Shown in pieces: positions 36,853 through 46,543 of a stretch of 64,000 bases of DNA. The first letter of the stretch is position 1; every line of letters starts with the position of its first letter. The notes below the pieces were generated by a model. The model searched no databases, was not told where the DNA came from, and saw only the letters and a list, made by a program, of their open reading frames with translations. The position numbers and the translations under genes are program-made. Source of the DNA: Candidatus Levyibacteriota bacterium (GTDB lineage Bacteria > Patescibacteriota > Microgenomatia > Levybacterales > UBA12049); contig PLZJ01000003.1 of the NCBI GenBank assembly GCA_003152105.1, positions 6,899-70,898 of the forward strand, in the 5' to 3' direction.

Positions 36853-37923
36853 TTAAAGAGGCTGATTTTGACACACATTCGCGGCATTAAGATAAGCTTG
36901 CGGTGTAGTGTTAGTTCCCCCATAATCCGTTATAAAAGTGTCAAGTTGTGTTTGTGTATAGTTAGTTTGTAAATAATTGTTGTAGCAAACACAAAATGGA
37001 CTCGAAGTAGCACTGCTTGTTGAACATTTTCCCAGTGATCCTAATATAGCAGGTGGAATGGAAGAACTTTGGTTAGTTGTAGTTGATGTAGGAGTAGGGG
37101 AAAGAGATCCTCCATTTAGATATGCACCCGGAATTGGCGTAACAGAAGGGTTGGTAATAAGAGCAGAAGCTGTGGCTGCATTAGTCTCTTGCGCATCCTT
37201 CCACTTCTTAAAAACATTTATGGTATTAATATCATTATTAGAAAGCAAAAAAATAGGAGTTTTTGGATTATAACCAGCTTGTGTATACGGTTGGTAGAAA
37301 AACGAAGTATCAAGAGTAGCAGAGACATTATTTACAGACAAATCAGAAATTTCTGATAGGGGAATACTTTGAAGCAATTTTGTCGCAAAATGTTGCGTAT
37401 CAAAGGCACCGTTTGTTAATAATAAGCTTACAGAAAGAGAATTTTGGGTTGCTAATCTTGCAGAATTAGTGGCCAAATCTCCAACCTGAAATGTATAATC
37501 ACTTAACGTAGTATTTGAAGCATTTGCCGCACCTGCGATCGCTTGTATAACGCCAGTATAGTCTTTTTGCTGAGGAAGTACAGCAGAAACGGTAGCTAAA
37601 TATTCAGAGTAATTTTTATCATTAATACTACTCAATACTTTTTCATTTTCTCTAAGTTGATTGTTTGTTAAGGAAATTTGTGATACTTGACTTGTTAAAG
37701 TAGGTAACTGCTGTATTTGCGGATATTCAATAAAATAAAAAGCTACAAAAGTTAATAATAATACTAAATAAGGGATAAATAATGCTTTGTATTTTTTATA
37801 TAATACTTTTGCGCTTCCTTCAGAAAGAGTAATATTCCTGGTTTCACTTTGCATTGGCTTAATTGACTCACTAGGTTGGGCTGGTTGCACTTCTTGAACT
37901 GGCTGTATAGGATTAGTTGTCAT
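36853..37923 (-). CDS. Pilus assembly protein, PilO-like (single TM, Ser/Thr-rich extracytoplasmic domain)
   Basis: Position downstream of pilM/pilN. One TM helix. Weak PilO-like coiled region. Confidence 0.35.
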   Translation of the reverse strand: MTTNPIQPVQEVQPAQPSESIKPMQSETRNITLSEGSAKVLYKKYKALFIPYLVLLLTFVAFYFIEYPQIQQLPTLTSQVSQISLTNNQLRENEKVLSSINDKNYSEYLATVSAVLPQQKDYTGVIQAIAGAANASNTTLSDYTFQVGDLATNSARLATQNSLSVSLLLTNGAFDTQHFATKLLQSIPLSEISDLSVNNVSATLDTSFFYQPYTQAGYNPKTPIFLLSNNDINTINVFKKWKDAQETNAATASALITNPSVTPIPGAYLNGGSLSPTPTSTTTNQSSSIPPAILGSLGKCSTSSATSSPFCVCYNNYLQTNYTQTQLDTFITDYGGTNTTPQAYLNAANVCQNQPL

Positions 37924-38456
37924 AGTAAAGTAAGTGTTAAATCCATTTTAAATTGTCCTTGATTGTTATCTGCAGTTAAACCATCTTGATTTACAGATCG
38001 AATTATTTTTTTGTGTGAAACTAATGATTGCAGATTAGCTAAATAGGTATTTAAATCAGATAATGTAGGAGCTGTTGCTGATAATGTAACTGTTTTTTTA
38101 GAAATGGTAAAATTAGGAAAACTAACCGTTACCGGTGCTGCAGATAAAAGAACCCCCATTATTTTGTCATAGTTTTGACGATTATTTATAATTTTTGCAA
38201 TCCCTCTTAATCTATCATCAATGAGTTGCAGAGAATAAAATCTATTTTTATACGGAAGGAGAGAGGAAATAAGTTGATCTTGTTGATTATTTAAATTCGC
38301 GATAGTTGCATTTAATGTAAAAGTGATAGCATACACTCCTACCATACTAACAACAAATAACCCAACAATACAACCTGCGATTATCCAAGTAGTCAAAAGA
38401 GTTTTATTCGTTTGCTTTACAACAACGTTTTGATAGAGTAAGTTAATGTCATCCAT
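37920..38456 (-). CDS. pilN: Pilus assembly protein PilN-like
   Basis: Short bitopic protein with N-terminal TM. Overlaps the pilM stop. Confidence 0.5.
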   Translation of the reverse strand: MDDINLLYQNVVVKQTNKTLLTTWIIAGCIVGLFVVSMVGVYAITFTLNATIANLNNQQDQLISSLLPYKNRFYSLQLIDDRLRGIAKIINNRQNYDKIMGVLLSAAPVTVSFPNFTISKKTVTLSATAPTLSDLNTYLANLQSLVSHKKIIRSVNQDGLTADNNQGQFKMDLTLTLL

Positions 38457-39483
38457 TTGTTCTCATTGCAAGTCCTATTGCAATTGTATAATCAACTGCA
38501 TTATCTTGAAGTTCTTTTGGAATATTTTGCGCAACAACATTTTTCCATGGATTTGCTATAGCTGTTTCGATGTCTGTATTTTGAGCAAAATAAGCTTCTA
38601 TTCCTGGTAACTTAGCGGTTCCACCTGTTAACAAAATCTGACGGATAACATCGTCTCCTTTAAATTTTTCTGCATAAAAAGCGACTGCTTTTTTGATTTC
38701 GCTGAGTATTGATTGAATTATTGGTTCAGTTGTTTTTCCTAGCTTATTACCGACAGATTGGTTTGTTATTCCATAAGCTTTTTTATATTCCTCTGCTTGT
38801 GCTAAAGAAAAACCATAATCTGATGCAATCGCTCGAGAAATTGCACTTCCACCTGTAGGAGTTGAATATGAAAATACAATTATTCCAGTTCTCACAATTG
38901 CAATTGTCGTACTAACCGCTCCAATATTAACAATTAATGTAGGAGGTATATTTGATGATGGGATAAGTGCTCGAATAGATGAGAGAATTTCTGTTTCAAT
39001 AGATGCAATCGTTAAACCAGCTAGTCCCAAAATCTTTTTATGTCTTTCTATAAGTACTGTCGGTGCTCCTATCAGTAAAATTTCGACTTTAGACCCTTCT
39101 TCTTTTTTTTCTGGCTTTTTCAAAATAGCATGAGCTAACGTAATCCCGGACAAAGGAACAGGAATATATTGTTCTGCTTCATAATAAATAGCTTGATCAA
39201 GTTCATGATCATTAAGATATGGCATTTCTATGACTTTTGTATATATTTGATTTTCAGGAAATGCTATGTTTACTTCTTTGCTATCTATTTTTGCGTCAGA
39301 TAGTAATTTTTTAATAGCTTGCCCCATTTCCTCTTGATCCAGAGGAGAATCTGAAGACATACCCTTAATAGGGGTAGGACCCATAATTGCACTACGAAAT
39401 GAATACCCATTTTTTTGCTTTTGCAAATAAACAGCTTTCATTTTTGTAGCTCCTAAATCTAATCCAAATGCTTGTTGTTTCAT
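38449..39483 (-). CDS. pilM: Type IV pilus assembly protein PilM (actin-like ATPase fold)
   Basis: GLDLGATKMKAVYL N-terminus. FtsA/PilM-like architecture. Confidence 0.75.
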   Translation of the reverse strand: MKQQAFGLDLGATKMKAVYLQKQKNGYSFRSAIMGPTPIKGMSSDSPLDQEEMGQAIKKLLSDAKIDSKEVNIAFPENQIYTKVIEMPYLNDHELDQAIYYEAEQYIPVPLSGITLAHAILKKPEKKEEGSKVEILLIGAPTVLIERHKKILGLAGLTIASIETEILSSIRALIPSSNIPPTLIVNIGAVSTTIAIVRTGIIVFSYSTPTGGSAISRAIASDYGFSLAQAEEYKKAYGITNQSVGNKLGKTTEPIIQSILSEIKKAVAFYAEKFKGDDVIRQILLTGGTAKLPGIEAYFAQNTDIETAIANPWKNVVAQNIPKELQDNAVDYTIAIGLAMRTNG

Positions 39484-39494
39484 ATATTTATTTT

Positions 39495-40376
39495 CTAGGG
39501 TGCAAGTAATCCATAAAAATATTCGGCTGCCAATTGAGGGTAGCTTGCAAATACATTAATTCTTCGTTGCGTATTTCCATTTGATCCAAGTGCTGATACT
39601 AAATTACCTTGCTGAGGTAAAAAAGATGTGCTATCTACCAATATATCAGATGAATTATATAAAGGTATTATTCTAGCGAAAATTGCATCTTTAATTGGAA
39701 TAGTTCCTGTTGAATAATCAAAATGATACGTAGTATTATCATAGGGATAAATAAGGCTACTACCTGCAAACCTGCTAAGATCAGCAATATTACCAATACC
39801 GGCTTCTCTTTGCGCAGAACAAGGATCCCATGCATAACGATTAGTGTAATAATTGGTTCCACCAAATATAACAACAATTACTTCTATGCCTGCATCAGCT
39901 ATCGTACCACCGGCAGCTGAACATTGACTTGTGACATGATCAGAATAATGAATAGTAATACTCCCACTAGAAGGTCTTGTTGCAATATCTGGTATGTTAG
40001 GTTTTCCTGAAATATCATGTTTTACAAGCCATAAATCAGCTCCATCATCAACTGGAACTTTACTTCCATTATTCATTAAAAATTGAGCGCTGTTTTGAGG
40101 AACTGGTGATACAACAATATTTATGGTACTTGCAGGATCATTTGAAGGAGGAGTAGTTATACTATCACCATTTTTAAGTTGTTGCAGTACTGTTTCGACA
40201 CCACTCTCGGCAACTGCGTATGCTTTTTGAGATTCTTGTTGATTTACATTATCTTTTAATGAAACAATACTTCTCGCAGCTAAAGAAAGAGCAACAGTTA
40301 TGGCTGTTGCCATTATAATTATTACAAGAATAAGAGCTTGTCCTTTTTGATACATCATGGCAGTATTCTTCTTCAT
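39495..40376 (-). CDS. Pilin-like/minor pilin protein with atypical N-terminal hydrophobic segment
   Basis: MMYQKGQALILVIIIMATAITVALSLA resembles a class III signal / pseudopilin N-terminus. Confidence 0.4.
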   Translation of the reverse strand: MKKNTAMMYQKGQALILVIIIMATAITVALSLAARSIVSLKDNVNQQESQKAYAVAESGVETVLQQLKNGDSITTPPSNDPASTINIVVSPVPQNSAQFLMNNGSKVPVDDGADLWLVKHDISGKPNIPDIATRPSSGSITIHYSDHVTSQCSAAGGTIADAGIEVIVVIFGGTNYYTNRYAWDPCSAQREAGIGNIADLSRFAGSSLIYPYDNTTYHFDYSTGTIPIKDAIFARIIPLYNSSDILVDSTSFLPQQGNLVSALGSNGNTQRRINVFASYPQLAAEYFYGLLAP

Positions 40377-40467
40377 TTTAGAACTATATTAAGAGTATCA
40401 AGCATAAAGATACTATGTCAAGCATAAATTAATGCATTTTAAGCTCAATATAGCTAAAACTTATGGA

Positions 40468-41085
40468 CTAATTTGCATTGTTAAACATCTGGACAGAAGT
40501 TTCAAAATCTCCTTGATCATAATATTCATAAGTTTGAGGTATTCCTCCTGCTAAATTACTTTCTAAATTTAGATTTAAGGTAAATATAAATTTATTTTGT
40601 GCTTGAGCACAAGTAATACTACAAGAGTTAATAACAACCTTATTTGTATCCAATAATGTTTGTGGGAGTCCTCCTACACCTCCTAAAGGACTTGATATAG
40701 TGGTGATATTATTTGGACTATTTGTATCAGGACATTCAATTTGTACGTCATTATTATTTATATCAGTAAAATCTATATAATGAAGACCTGTAACATAATT
40801 AAGACCTGTAGCGGGATTAGCACATGCTGTTGTTTGAGGCCCAGAACTACTAGTACTTGCATAAGTAAAAGATTTAGCATTTCGAAGCATTTGACCAAGT
40901 ATATTAATTGTTTGCGATCCACTTTGTTGAATTGTATTCATTGTTGTTATTTGTTGGGAAATAGTCAGAGTAGAGGAAAGTGTATTAATTAAAAAGGTTC
41001 CGACTACTGCGAATAAAGCAATAGCAACAAGCAGTTCTACAAGTGTATAGCCATTTTTATAATCTGACGTATGTACTCTTTTCAT
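40468..41085 (-). CDS. Type IV prepilin-like minor pilin
   Basis: Prepilin peptidase site ...NG-YTLVELLVAIAL. Confidence 0.65.
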   Translation of the reverse strand: MKRVHTSDYKNGYTLVELLVAIALFAVVGTFLINTLSSTLTISQQITTMNTIQQSGSQTINILGQMLRNAKSFTYASTSSSGPQTTACANPATGLNYVTGLHYIDFTDINNNDVQIECPDTNSPNNITTISSPLGGVGGLPQTLLDTNKVVINSCSITCAQAQNKFIFTLNLNLESNLAGGIPQTYEYYDQGDFETSVQMFNNAN

Positions 41086-41592
41086 TTATGGTGACTGATA
41101 ATCATTAAAACAATTGTTAATACTGTATGAATTACAAAGTGGATGACCTATGTCACATTTTGAATCTGTCCAACTTACATTAACTTGTACTAGTTTTTCT
41201 ATACCAGGAGAACTATCACCACAACTATTTGCAAAAGTAACTGTTCTAATATAATTTATATTTAGCTTAGGGTTTAATGGTACAGGAATTACGCAAGCAC
41301 CAGGACTATAGGGAGTTAAACAAGTTATATCTAAGCTTTTCGTACCACCAGGGGCACAAGTTAACGGTAAGCAATATTTACCAATTGTTTCTCCGTAAAA
41401 CGTGCTGGCATTTATAGTTTGCATATTTTCCATTATATCGATACCTTCTTGAGCGTATTCTTTTGCATCTGATTGTGACTTTATATGAACCATATTTCCA
41501 AGTGATCCCACAGTAGATACGGTAGCTGAAGTTAGAATTAAAACCCCAATAGCAATTGCAATAAGTACTTCAATTAAAGCTTGTCCTCTCAT
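41086..41592 (-). CDS. Type IV prepilin-like minor pilin
   Basis: MRG-QALIEVLIAIAIG N-terminus. Confidence 0.6.
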   Translation of the reverse strand: MRGQALIEVLIAIAIGVLILTSATVSTVGSLGNMVHIKSQSDAKEYAQEGIDIMENMQTINASTFYGETIGKYCLPLTCAPGGTKSLDITCLTPYSPGACVIPVPLNPKLNINYIRTVTFANSCGDSSPGIEKLVQVNVSWTDSKCDIGHPLCNSYSINNCFNDYQSP

Positions 41593-42104
41593 GGTCCTTC
41601 TATTACTCCACTTTCTGTTACGTTAACTGGCTCAGTGAATGTACAATTTGAACTGCATATATTTATTGTTTGTCCTGATGAATTATAAAGAGCCCCTGTA
41701 AGTGTTACAAATTCAACTGTCTGAGGATTTTCAATATGAGCAACATACCCCGTTAAATCTACTTTAGCTCCTACTCTATTGTATGAATGATTATTTGAAT
41801 CATCAACACAATCTGCGATATAGGAATAAGACCCATTAAGAAATACAACCTGGTATCCAAATAAATGTAGCCCTGGACACGCATCACCCGTTGCCCATTT
41901 GGTAACTCCGTTAATAGCATCCGCTCTGAGGCTATTTAAATTTCCGATAATTGAAGACGTTGCAAGGTCTACGTTTTGTTTGGCTGTGTAATTTGTGACA
42001 GTTGGAATAGACATTGCGGTAAGAATTCCAATTAAGGCAAGAACTAGAAGTGCTTCTACAAGAGTAAATCCTAAGCTTGCAGTCTTGGCAGTAATAGAAT
42101 TCAT
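41589..42104 (-). CDS. Type IV prepilin-like minor pilin
   Basis: LG-FTLVEALLVLALIG. The start was trimmed to the internal Met to avoid overlap with the upstream gene. Confidence 0.6.
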   Translation of the reverse strand: MNSITAKTASLGFTLVEALLVLALIGILTAMSIPTVTNYTAKQNVDLATSSIIGNLNSLRADAINGVTKWATGDACPGLHLFGYQVVFLNGSYSYIADCVDDSNNHSYNRVGAKVDLTGYVAHIENPQTVEFVTLTGALYNSSGQTINICSSNCTFTEPVNVTESGVIEGP

Positions 42105-42106
42105 AG

Positions 42107-42625
42107 TTATGGATTTGTAACAACTATTTGTTGCGAACCGCCAGGACAAAGCTGTAATGCCCCAAGCGAAGGTGCTTGAGGACATCTTTGATTAGCACCT
42201 GCTTGATTTTCTAAACACATCTGCAAACAATACCCTTGATAATATGCAGAAGAACCAGCTTTCCCATTAATCGGGACATATTGATAAACTAAGCCATTGC
42301 TATTTATTGGATCACATGGAATTACATTCATAAATGTAGTAGTTCCATCAGTAATTTTTCCTCCACAAGGAAAAACAGTACCAGGATACCCATTATCTTG
42401 CGATCGAAACTCTTCAAGTGCAGATTGAATACTTGTAACATCAGCATTTCGCTGTGCATTTCTACCTTTTGCAAGTTGTGCATTTGGGTTTAAAAGCGAA
42501 ATCATAGTTGCTGAAATAATACCAATTATGGCTATGACAATTACAAGTTCAACAAGAGTAAACCCATTATTACTAATTCTATTTTTTGCATCGAAAAATC
42601 TCATATTACATACAGTATGAACCAT
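42107..42625 (-). CDS. Type IV prepilin-like pilin
   Basis: NG-FTLVELVIVIAIIG. Confidence 0.6.
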   Translation of the reverse strand: MVHTVCNMRFFDAKNRISNNGFTLVELVIVIAIIGIISATMISLLNPNAQLAKGRNAQRNADVTSIQSALEEFRSQDNGYPGTVFPCGGKITDGTTTFMNVIPCDPINSNGLVYQYVPINGKAGSSAYYQGYCLQMCLENQAGANQRCPQAPSLGALQLCPGGSQQIVVTNP

Positions 42626-42645
42626 TTTTTTTTAAAAAACAATAT

Positions 42646-43425
42646 CTATAGATAAGCAAATGACAAATGGAGAATATACTGCCAAATCATTGGTCCCCAG
42701 AATAAAGCAACATAGGTACCAAGGACTAAAAAAGGTCCAAAGGGAATAATATCACCGTGTAGTTTTTTCCTTTTACCTACTATCAGCAATACAGAAACAA
42801 TTGCACCCACTATAAACGCAATATAAAGCGCAACGATAGCAGAAGGAAAACTGAGAAGTATTCCAAGCCAAAAAGCATACTTTACATCTCCAAATCCTAT
42901 ACCTTTTCTTTTTGTAACTACAAAGATGAGTAAAAAGAGTAAAAAACAAAGTATTCCAGTTATCACTGAAATAAGCAATAAATTAGCATGTACAAGGGCA
43001 ATATAGACAATCGTAAGCACCATAATGGGGTAAAGAATTTTATCAGGAATAATATAGTACTTTATATCCGTTAGAAATATAATAAGCAGTGAAGATATAG
43101 TTACTAAATAAAATAGTACGCTGATAACATTTTCAACATTTAGAAATTGAATAAAAAAATAACCACTTAACGCAAAAACAATCCCAGTAATTAACTCAGA
43201 AAAAGGGTAATAAATAGATAATTTTTTTTTACAATATCTACATTTCCCCTTAAGCATTAAGTATGAAATTAAAGGAATTAAATCTAGTGTAGAAAGCGTA
43301 TGTTTACAATATTCACAATGCGATCTACCAGTAATAAAAGATTCATCTTTTACAATACGATCAGAAACAACATTAAAAAAACTTCCTAAAATAATGCCAA
43401 TAATAAAACTAAATAAATAAATCAT
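42646..43425 (-). CDS. pilD: Prepilin peptidase (A24 family) PilD
   Basis: Polytopic membrane protein with a CxxC...CxxC zinc motif (GRSHCEYCKH...KCRYCKKK). Confidence 0.8.
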   Translation of the reverse strand: MIYLFSFIIGIILGSFFNVVSDRIVKDESFITGRSHCEYCKHTLSTLDLIPLISYLMLKGKCRYCKKKLSIYYPFSELITGIVFALSGYFFIQFLNVENVISVLFYLVTISSLLIIFLTDIKYYIIPDKILYPIMVLTIVYIALVHANLLLISVITGILCFLLFLLIFVVTKRKGIGFGDVKYAFWLGILLSFPSAIVALYIAFIVGAIVSVLLIVGKRKKLHGDIIPFGPFLVLGTYVALFWGPMIWQYILHLSFAYL

Positions 43426-43484
43426 GACTAATAAAATTATACATGAGAATTTGAAAGTAGATATCTTCTAATTTTTGCAGAGGA

Positions 43485-44036
43485 TTATTGAGCGTGACAG
43501 TTAGCAGGTGCACCATATGCTCCTGGACACAATGCTGCTTGACAATAATATATTTGACCTTGATATGTTTCAATTGTTGTTGCTGGAACGATTGCTGGTG
43601 CTGCTGCTAAAAATGCTTTTTGATACGAAGATCGTGAATGAGAAACTCCACACACTATTGCATCTGAAACAGGGGTTGCACCATTTATGCGATACACATA
43701 TACTGCTCCGCCAGGTTGTGTTGGCACTGCATTGATTTCTGATGGTGCCAATGCTGCTGTTCCTGCTGGGAAACCAATTGCAGGATTATCAGTATCATAT
43801 CTTTGCGCAGCTCCGTAAATGGTATTAATATCAGAAACAACTTTTGAATCATTTGCAGAATTAATTTTATCTACTGGATCAATAAGTGCAATAAGAGCTG
43901 CTGCGAGAATACCAAGGATTGCGATAACGATGATTAACTCAATAAGAGTAAAACCTTTTTGAAGTCTTGTTAGTTTTTGGGCAGTTATTCTCATGTATCT
44001 TTTTTTATTGTAGAGCACTTTATTTTGTGTTGTCAA
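43485..44036 (-). CDS. pilA: Type IV major pilin (PilA-like)
   Basis: QKG-FTLIELIIVIAILG class III signal. Small size. Sits between pilC and pilD. Confidence 0.65.
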   Translation of the reverse strand: MTTQNKVLYNKKRYMRITAQKLTRLQKGFTLIELIIVIAILGILAAALIALIDPVDKINSANDSKVVSDINTIYGAAQRYDTDNPAIGFPAGTAALAPSEINAVPTQPGGAVYVYRINGATPVSDAIVCGVSHSRSSYQKAFLAAAPAIVPATTIETYQGQIYYCQAALCPGAYGAPANCHAQ

Positions 44037-44222
44037 GAGATCAATTATTAATCCTCAATGTAAGCTCTATATTAATTAGGCCAGAAATAAAATATCTTGT
44101 CAAGTAGTAAAAATGTGGCTAAAATGCATATATATAATTTTAATTTTATCTAAGATAAAGATAATTACAACTTTACTTCGGGGACTTATTGCAAGAACTA
44201 TTAACCTCCTTAGTTAGACAAT

Positions 44223-45422
44223 TTAAGTAGGTATATTATTAATAAGTGAATATATTGGAGAAATAACTGCTAACATTAAAAATCCAACTCCTGCTCCCAG
44301 AAAAACAATTATAAATGGTTCCATAAGCGTTGTAAGTGCTTTTACTCGTGCATCTACTTCTTGTTCATAATATGCAGAAACTCTAGTTAATGAATCATCA
44401 AGTTTTCCCGTTTGCTCACCGACTTTAACCATTTCAACAACTATTGGTGGAAAAAGTGAAGAATAAGACATTGATTCTCCAACCGAAACACCTTTTTCAA
44501 CATTTTTTGCAACTGCTAATATCGCATTTTTATATACAATATTATTTGCGACATCAGCTGATTGTTTTAAAGCATCAACTACAAGTATTCCTGCTCCCGA
44601 AAGTAATCCAAGAGTTCTTGTTACTTCAGTTATAATTGTGTCATGCACTAGTTTACCAAATACTGGAAGTTTTAAAACAATAGTATCTAGCAATATTTTT
44701 CCCGTTTGTGTTTTTTTCCATTGCATAAATGCAATGGTTACTACCGCAATTGCAATGAGTAAGATGTACCAAAAATGAATCATAAAATTTGAAATATAGA
44801 CAACAATTAATGTTGGAAGAGGAAGCTGTACGTGTAATTGATTATATACAGGTGTTAGCTGTGGAATAACAACTACCATGATAACTACCATAACAAGTGC
44901 CATACCAATTAAGACAATAATAGGGTATAGCAAGGCACCTTTTACTTGAGACGCGATTGATTGTTGTTTTTCCAAATTATCAGCTAGTCTTCCGAGTAAT
45001 TTATCCAGTTGACCAGAAGATTCACCCGCTCTTATCAGGGCAACATAGAGATCATCAAATGTATCAGGAAATTTTTGGAGTGCGCTTGCAAAAGAATTTC
45101 CATCTTCTATATCTATAACAACTGATCCAATTATGTTTTTAAGTTTACCATCGCTCATTTGTAGTTGTAGTGTTCTAAGTGACTGCATGAGCGTAAGTCC
45201 TGCTGTAAGCATTGAAGAAAGTTGTCGTGTAAAAAAGACGACATCTTTTTTTGAAGTTCCCAAAAATCCTAAACTTAATTGAAAATCAGACTTTGGAGTA
45301 ATATGTACGGGGATTAACTTTTTTGACCTAAGATATTTTGCCGCTTCTTCTACATCTTTTGCTTCAATAATGCCTCGTAGAGATTTTCCATCTGATGATA
45401 CCGCTTTATAGTTTAGTTTCAT
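44223..45422 (-). CDS. pilC: Type IV pilus platform protein PilC (GspF family)
   Basis: Two GspF-like repeats, three TM segments. Confidence 0.85.
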   Translation of the reverse strand: MKLNYKAVSSDGKSLRGIIEAKDVEEAAKYLRSKKLIPVHITPKSDFQLSLGFLGTSKKDVVFFTRQLSSMLTAGLTLMQSLRTLQLQMSDGKLKNIIGSVVIDIEDGNSFASALQKFPDTFDDLYVALIRAGESSGQLDKLLGRLADNLEKQQSIASQVKGALLYPIIVLIGMALVMVVIMVVVIPQLTPVYNQLHVQLPLPTLIVVYISNFMIHFWYILLIAIAVVTIAFMQWKKTQTGKILLDTIVLKLPVFGKLVHDTIITEVTRTLGLLSGAGILVVDALKQSADVANNIVYKNAILAVAKNVEKGVSVGESMSYSSLFPPIVVEMVKVGEQTGKLDDSLTRVSAYYEQEVDARVKALTTLMEPFIIVFLGAGVGFLMLAVISPIYSLINNIPT

Positions 45423-45433
45423 ACGTGGTTAAC

Positions 45434-46501
45434 TTATTTAATAAGTTCCAAAAATTCCTTATCATGGAGTGCATATGGTCTTGCAACATCAACGGGTACA
45501 ATCCCATTGTTTACAAGATCTGAAAGAGATTTATCAAAAGGAATCATACCGATTTCCTGTTGTGTTTGAATAATTGAATCAATTAAATGCGTTTTACCTT
45601 CTCTTATGTTGTTTGCGACTGCTGGTGTTGATATTAACACTTCAACTGCTGGAACTCTTCCTCCACCTTGTTTTGGAAGTAAGCGTTGTGAAATAACAGC
45701 TTTTAAGGTGAGTGATAGCTGTGCTCGAATTTGATTTTGTTGATGTGCAGGAAAGGAATCTACAATACGATCAATACTTTGAGAAGCAGAATTAGTATGC
45801 AACGTAGAAAATACTAAATGCCCTGTTTCTGCAATAGTTAAGGCCGCTGCCATGGTTTCAGGATCTCTCATTTCACCAATGAGCGCGACGTCTGGATCTT
45901 CTCGAAGAGCTGCTCGAAGAGAAGCACCCCAGGAATGCGTATCTGATCCAAGTTCTCGTTGAGAAATAATACTTTTTCCTTTTGGATACATATATTCAAT
46001 TGGGTCTTCAACAGTTAATATGTGAGCTCCTCTTGAAAGATTGATTTCATTTACCATAGCAGCAAGCGTTGTTGATTTACCATGTCCAGTAGGACCAGTT
46101 ACGAGAACAAATCCTTGTTTTGTTTTACTAAATTCATGGCAAATGGTTGGAATGCCAAGTTCTTCAAGGGTTCGAATATTTGGGGGAAGTAGTCGAAAGT
46201 CTGCTGACAAATAACCTCTTTGATAATAAATATTTACACGAAATCTTCCCTTATCCCCATATGCACCGCCTCCATATCCTAAGGAAAAATCAAGTTCTTT
46301 ATTTGCAAGCATCATTGTTTTTTGTTCTGGAGAAACAATGGAAAAAAGTAATTGCTCCATATCTTCTGGCGATACAACCGGATAATCTACAATTGCTTGC
46401 AGTTCTCCATCTACACGAAGGGTTGGAGGAATACCAACTAATAAATGCAAATCCGATGCATTTGAATTTACTGTTTGCTCTAATAAACTTTTAATTTCCA
46501 T
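45434..46501 (-). CDS. pilT: Type IV pilus retraction ATPase PilT
   Basis: GPTGHGKSTTLAAM Walker A plus Asp and His boxes. ~355 aa. Confidence 0.85.
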   Translation of the reverse strand: MEIKSLLEQTVNSNASDLHLLVGIPPTLRVDGELQAIVDYPVVSPEDMEQLLFSIVSPEQKTMMLANKELDFSLGYGGGAYGDKGRFRVNIYYQRGYLSADFRLLPPNIRTLEELGIPTICHEFSKTKQGFVLVTGPTGHGKSTTLAAMVNEINLSRGAHILTVEDPIEYMYPKGKSIISQRELGSDTHSWGASLRAALREDPDVALIGEMRDPETMAAALTIAETGHLVFSTLHTNSASQSIDRIVDSFPAHQQNQIRAQLSLTLKAVISQRLLPKQGGGRVPAVEVLISTPAVANNIREGKTHLIDSIIQTQQEIGMIPFDKSLSDLVNNGIVPVDVARPYALHDKEFLELIK

Positions 46502-46543
46502 ACCTTCTTTAATTAAGAAACATTTTGCTTAGTAAGTCAAGGG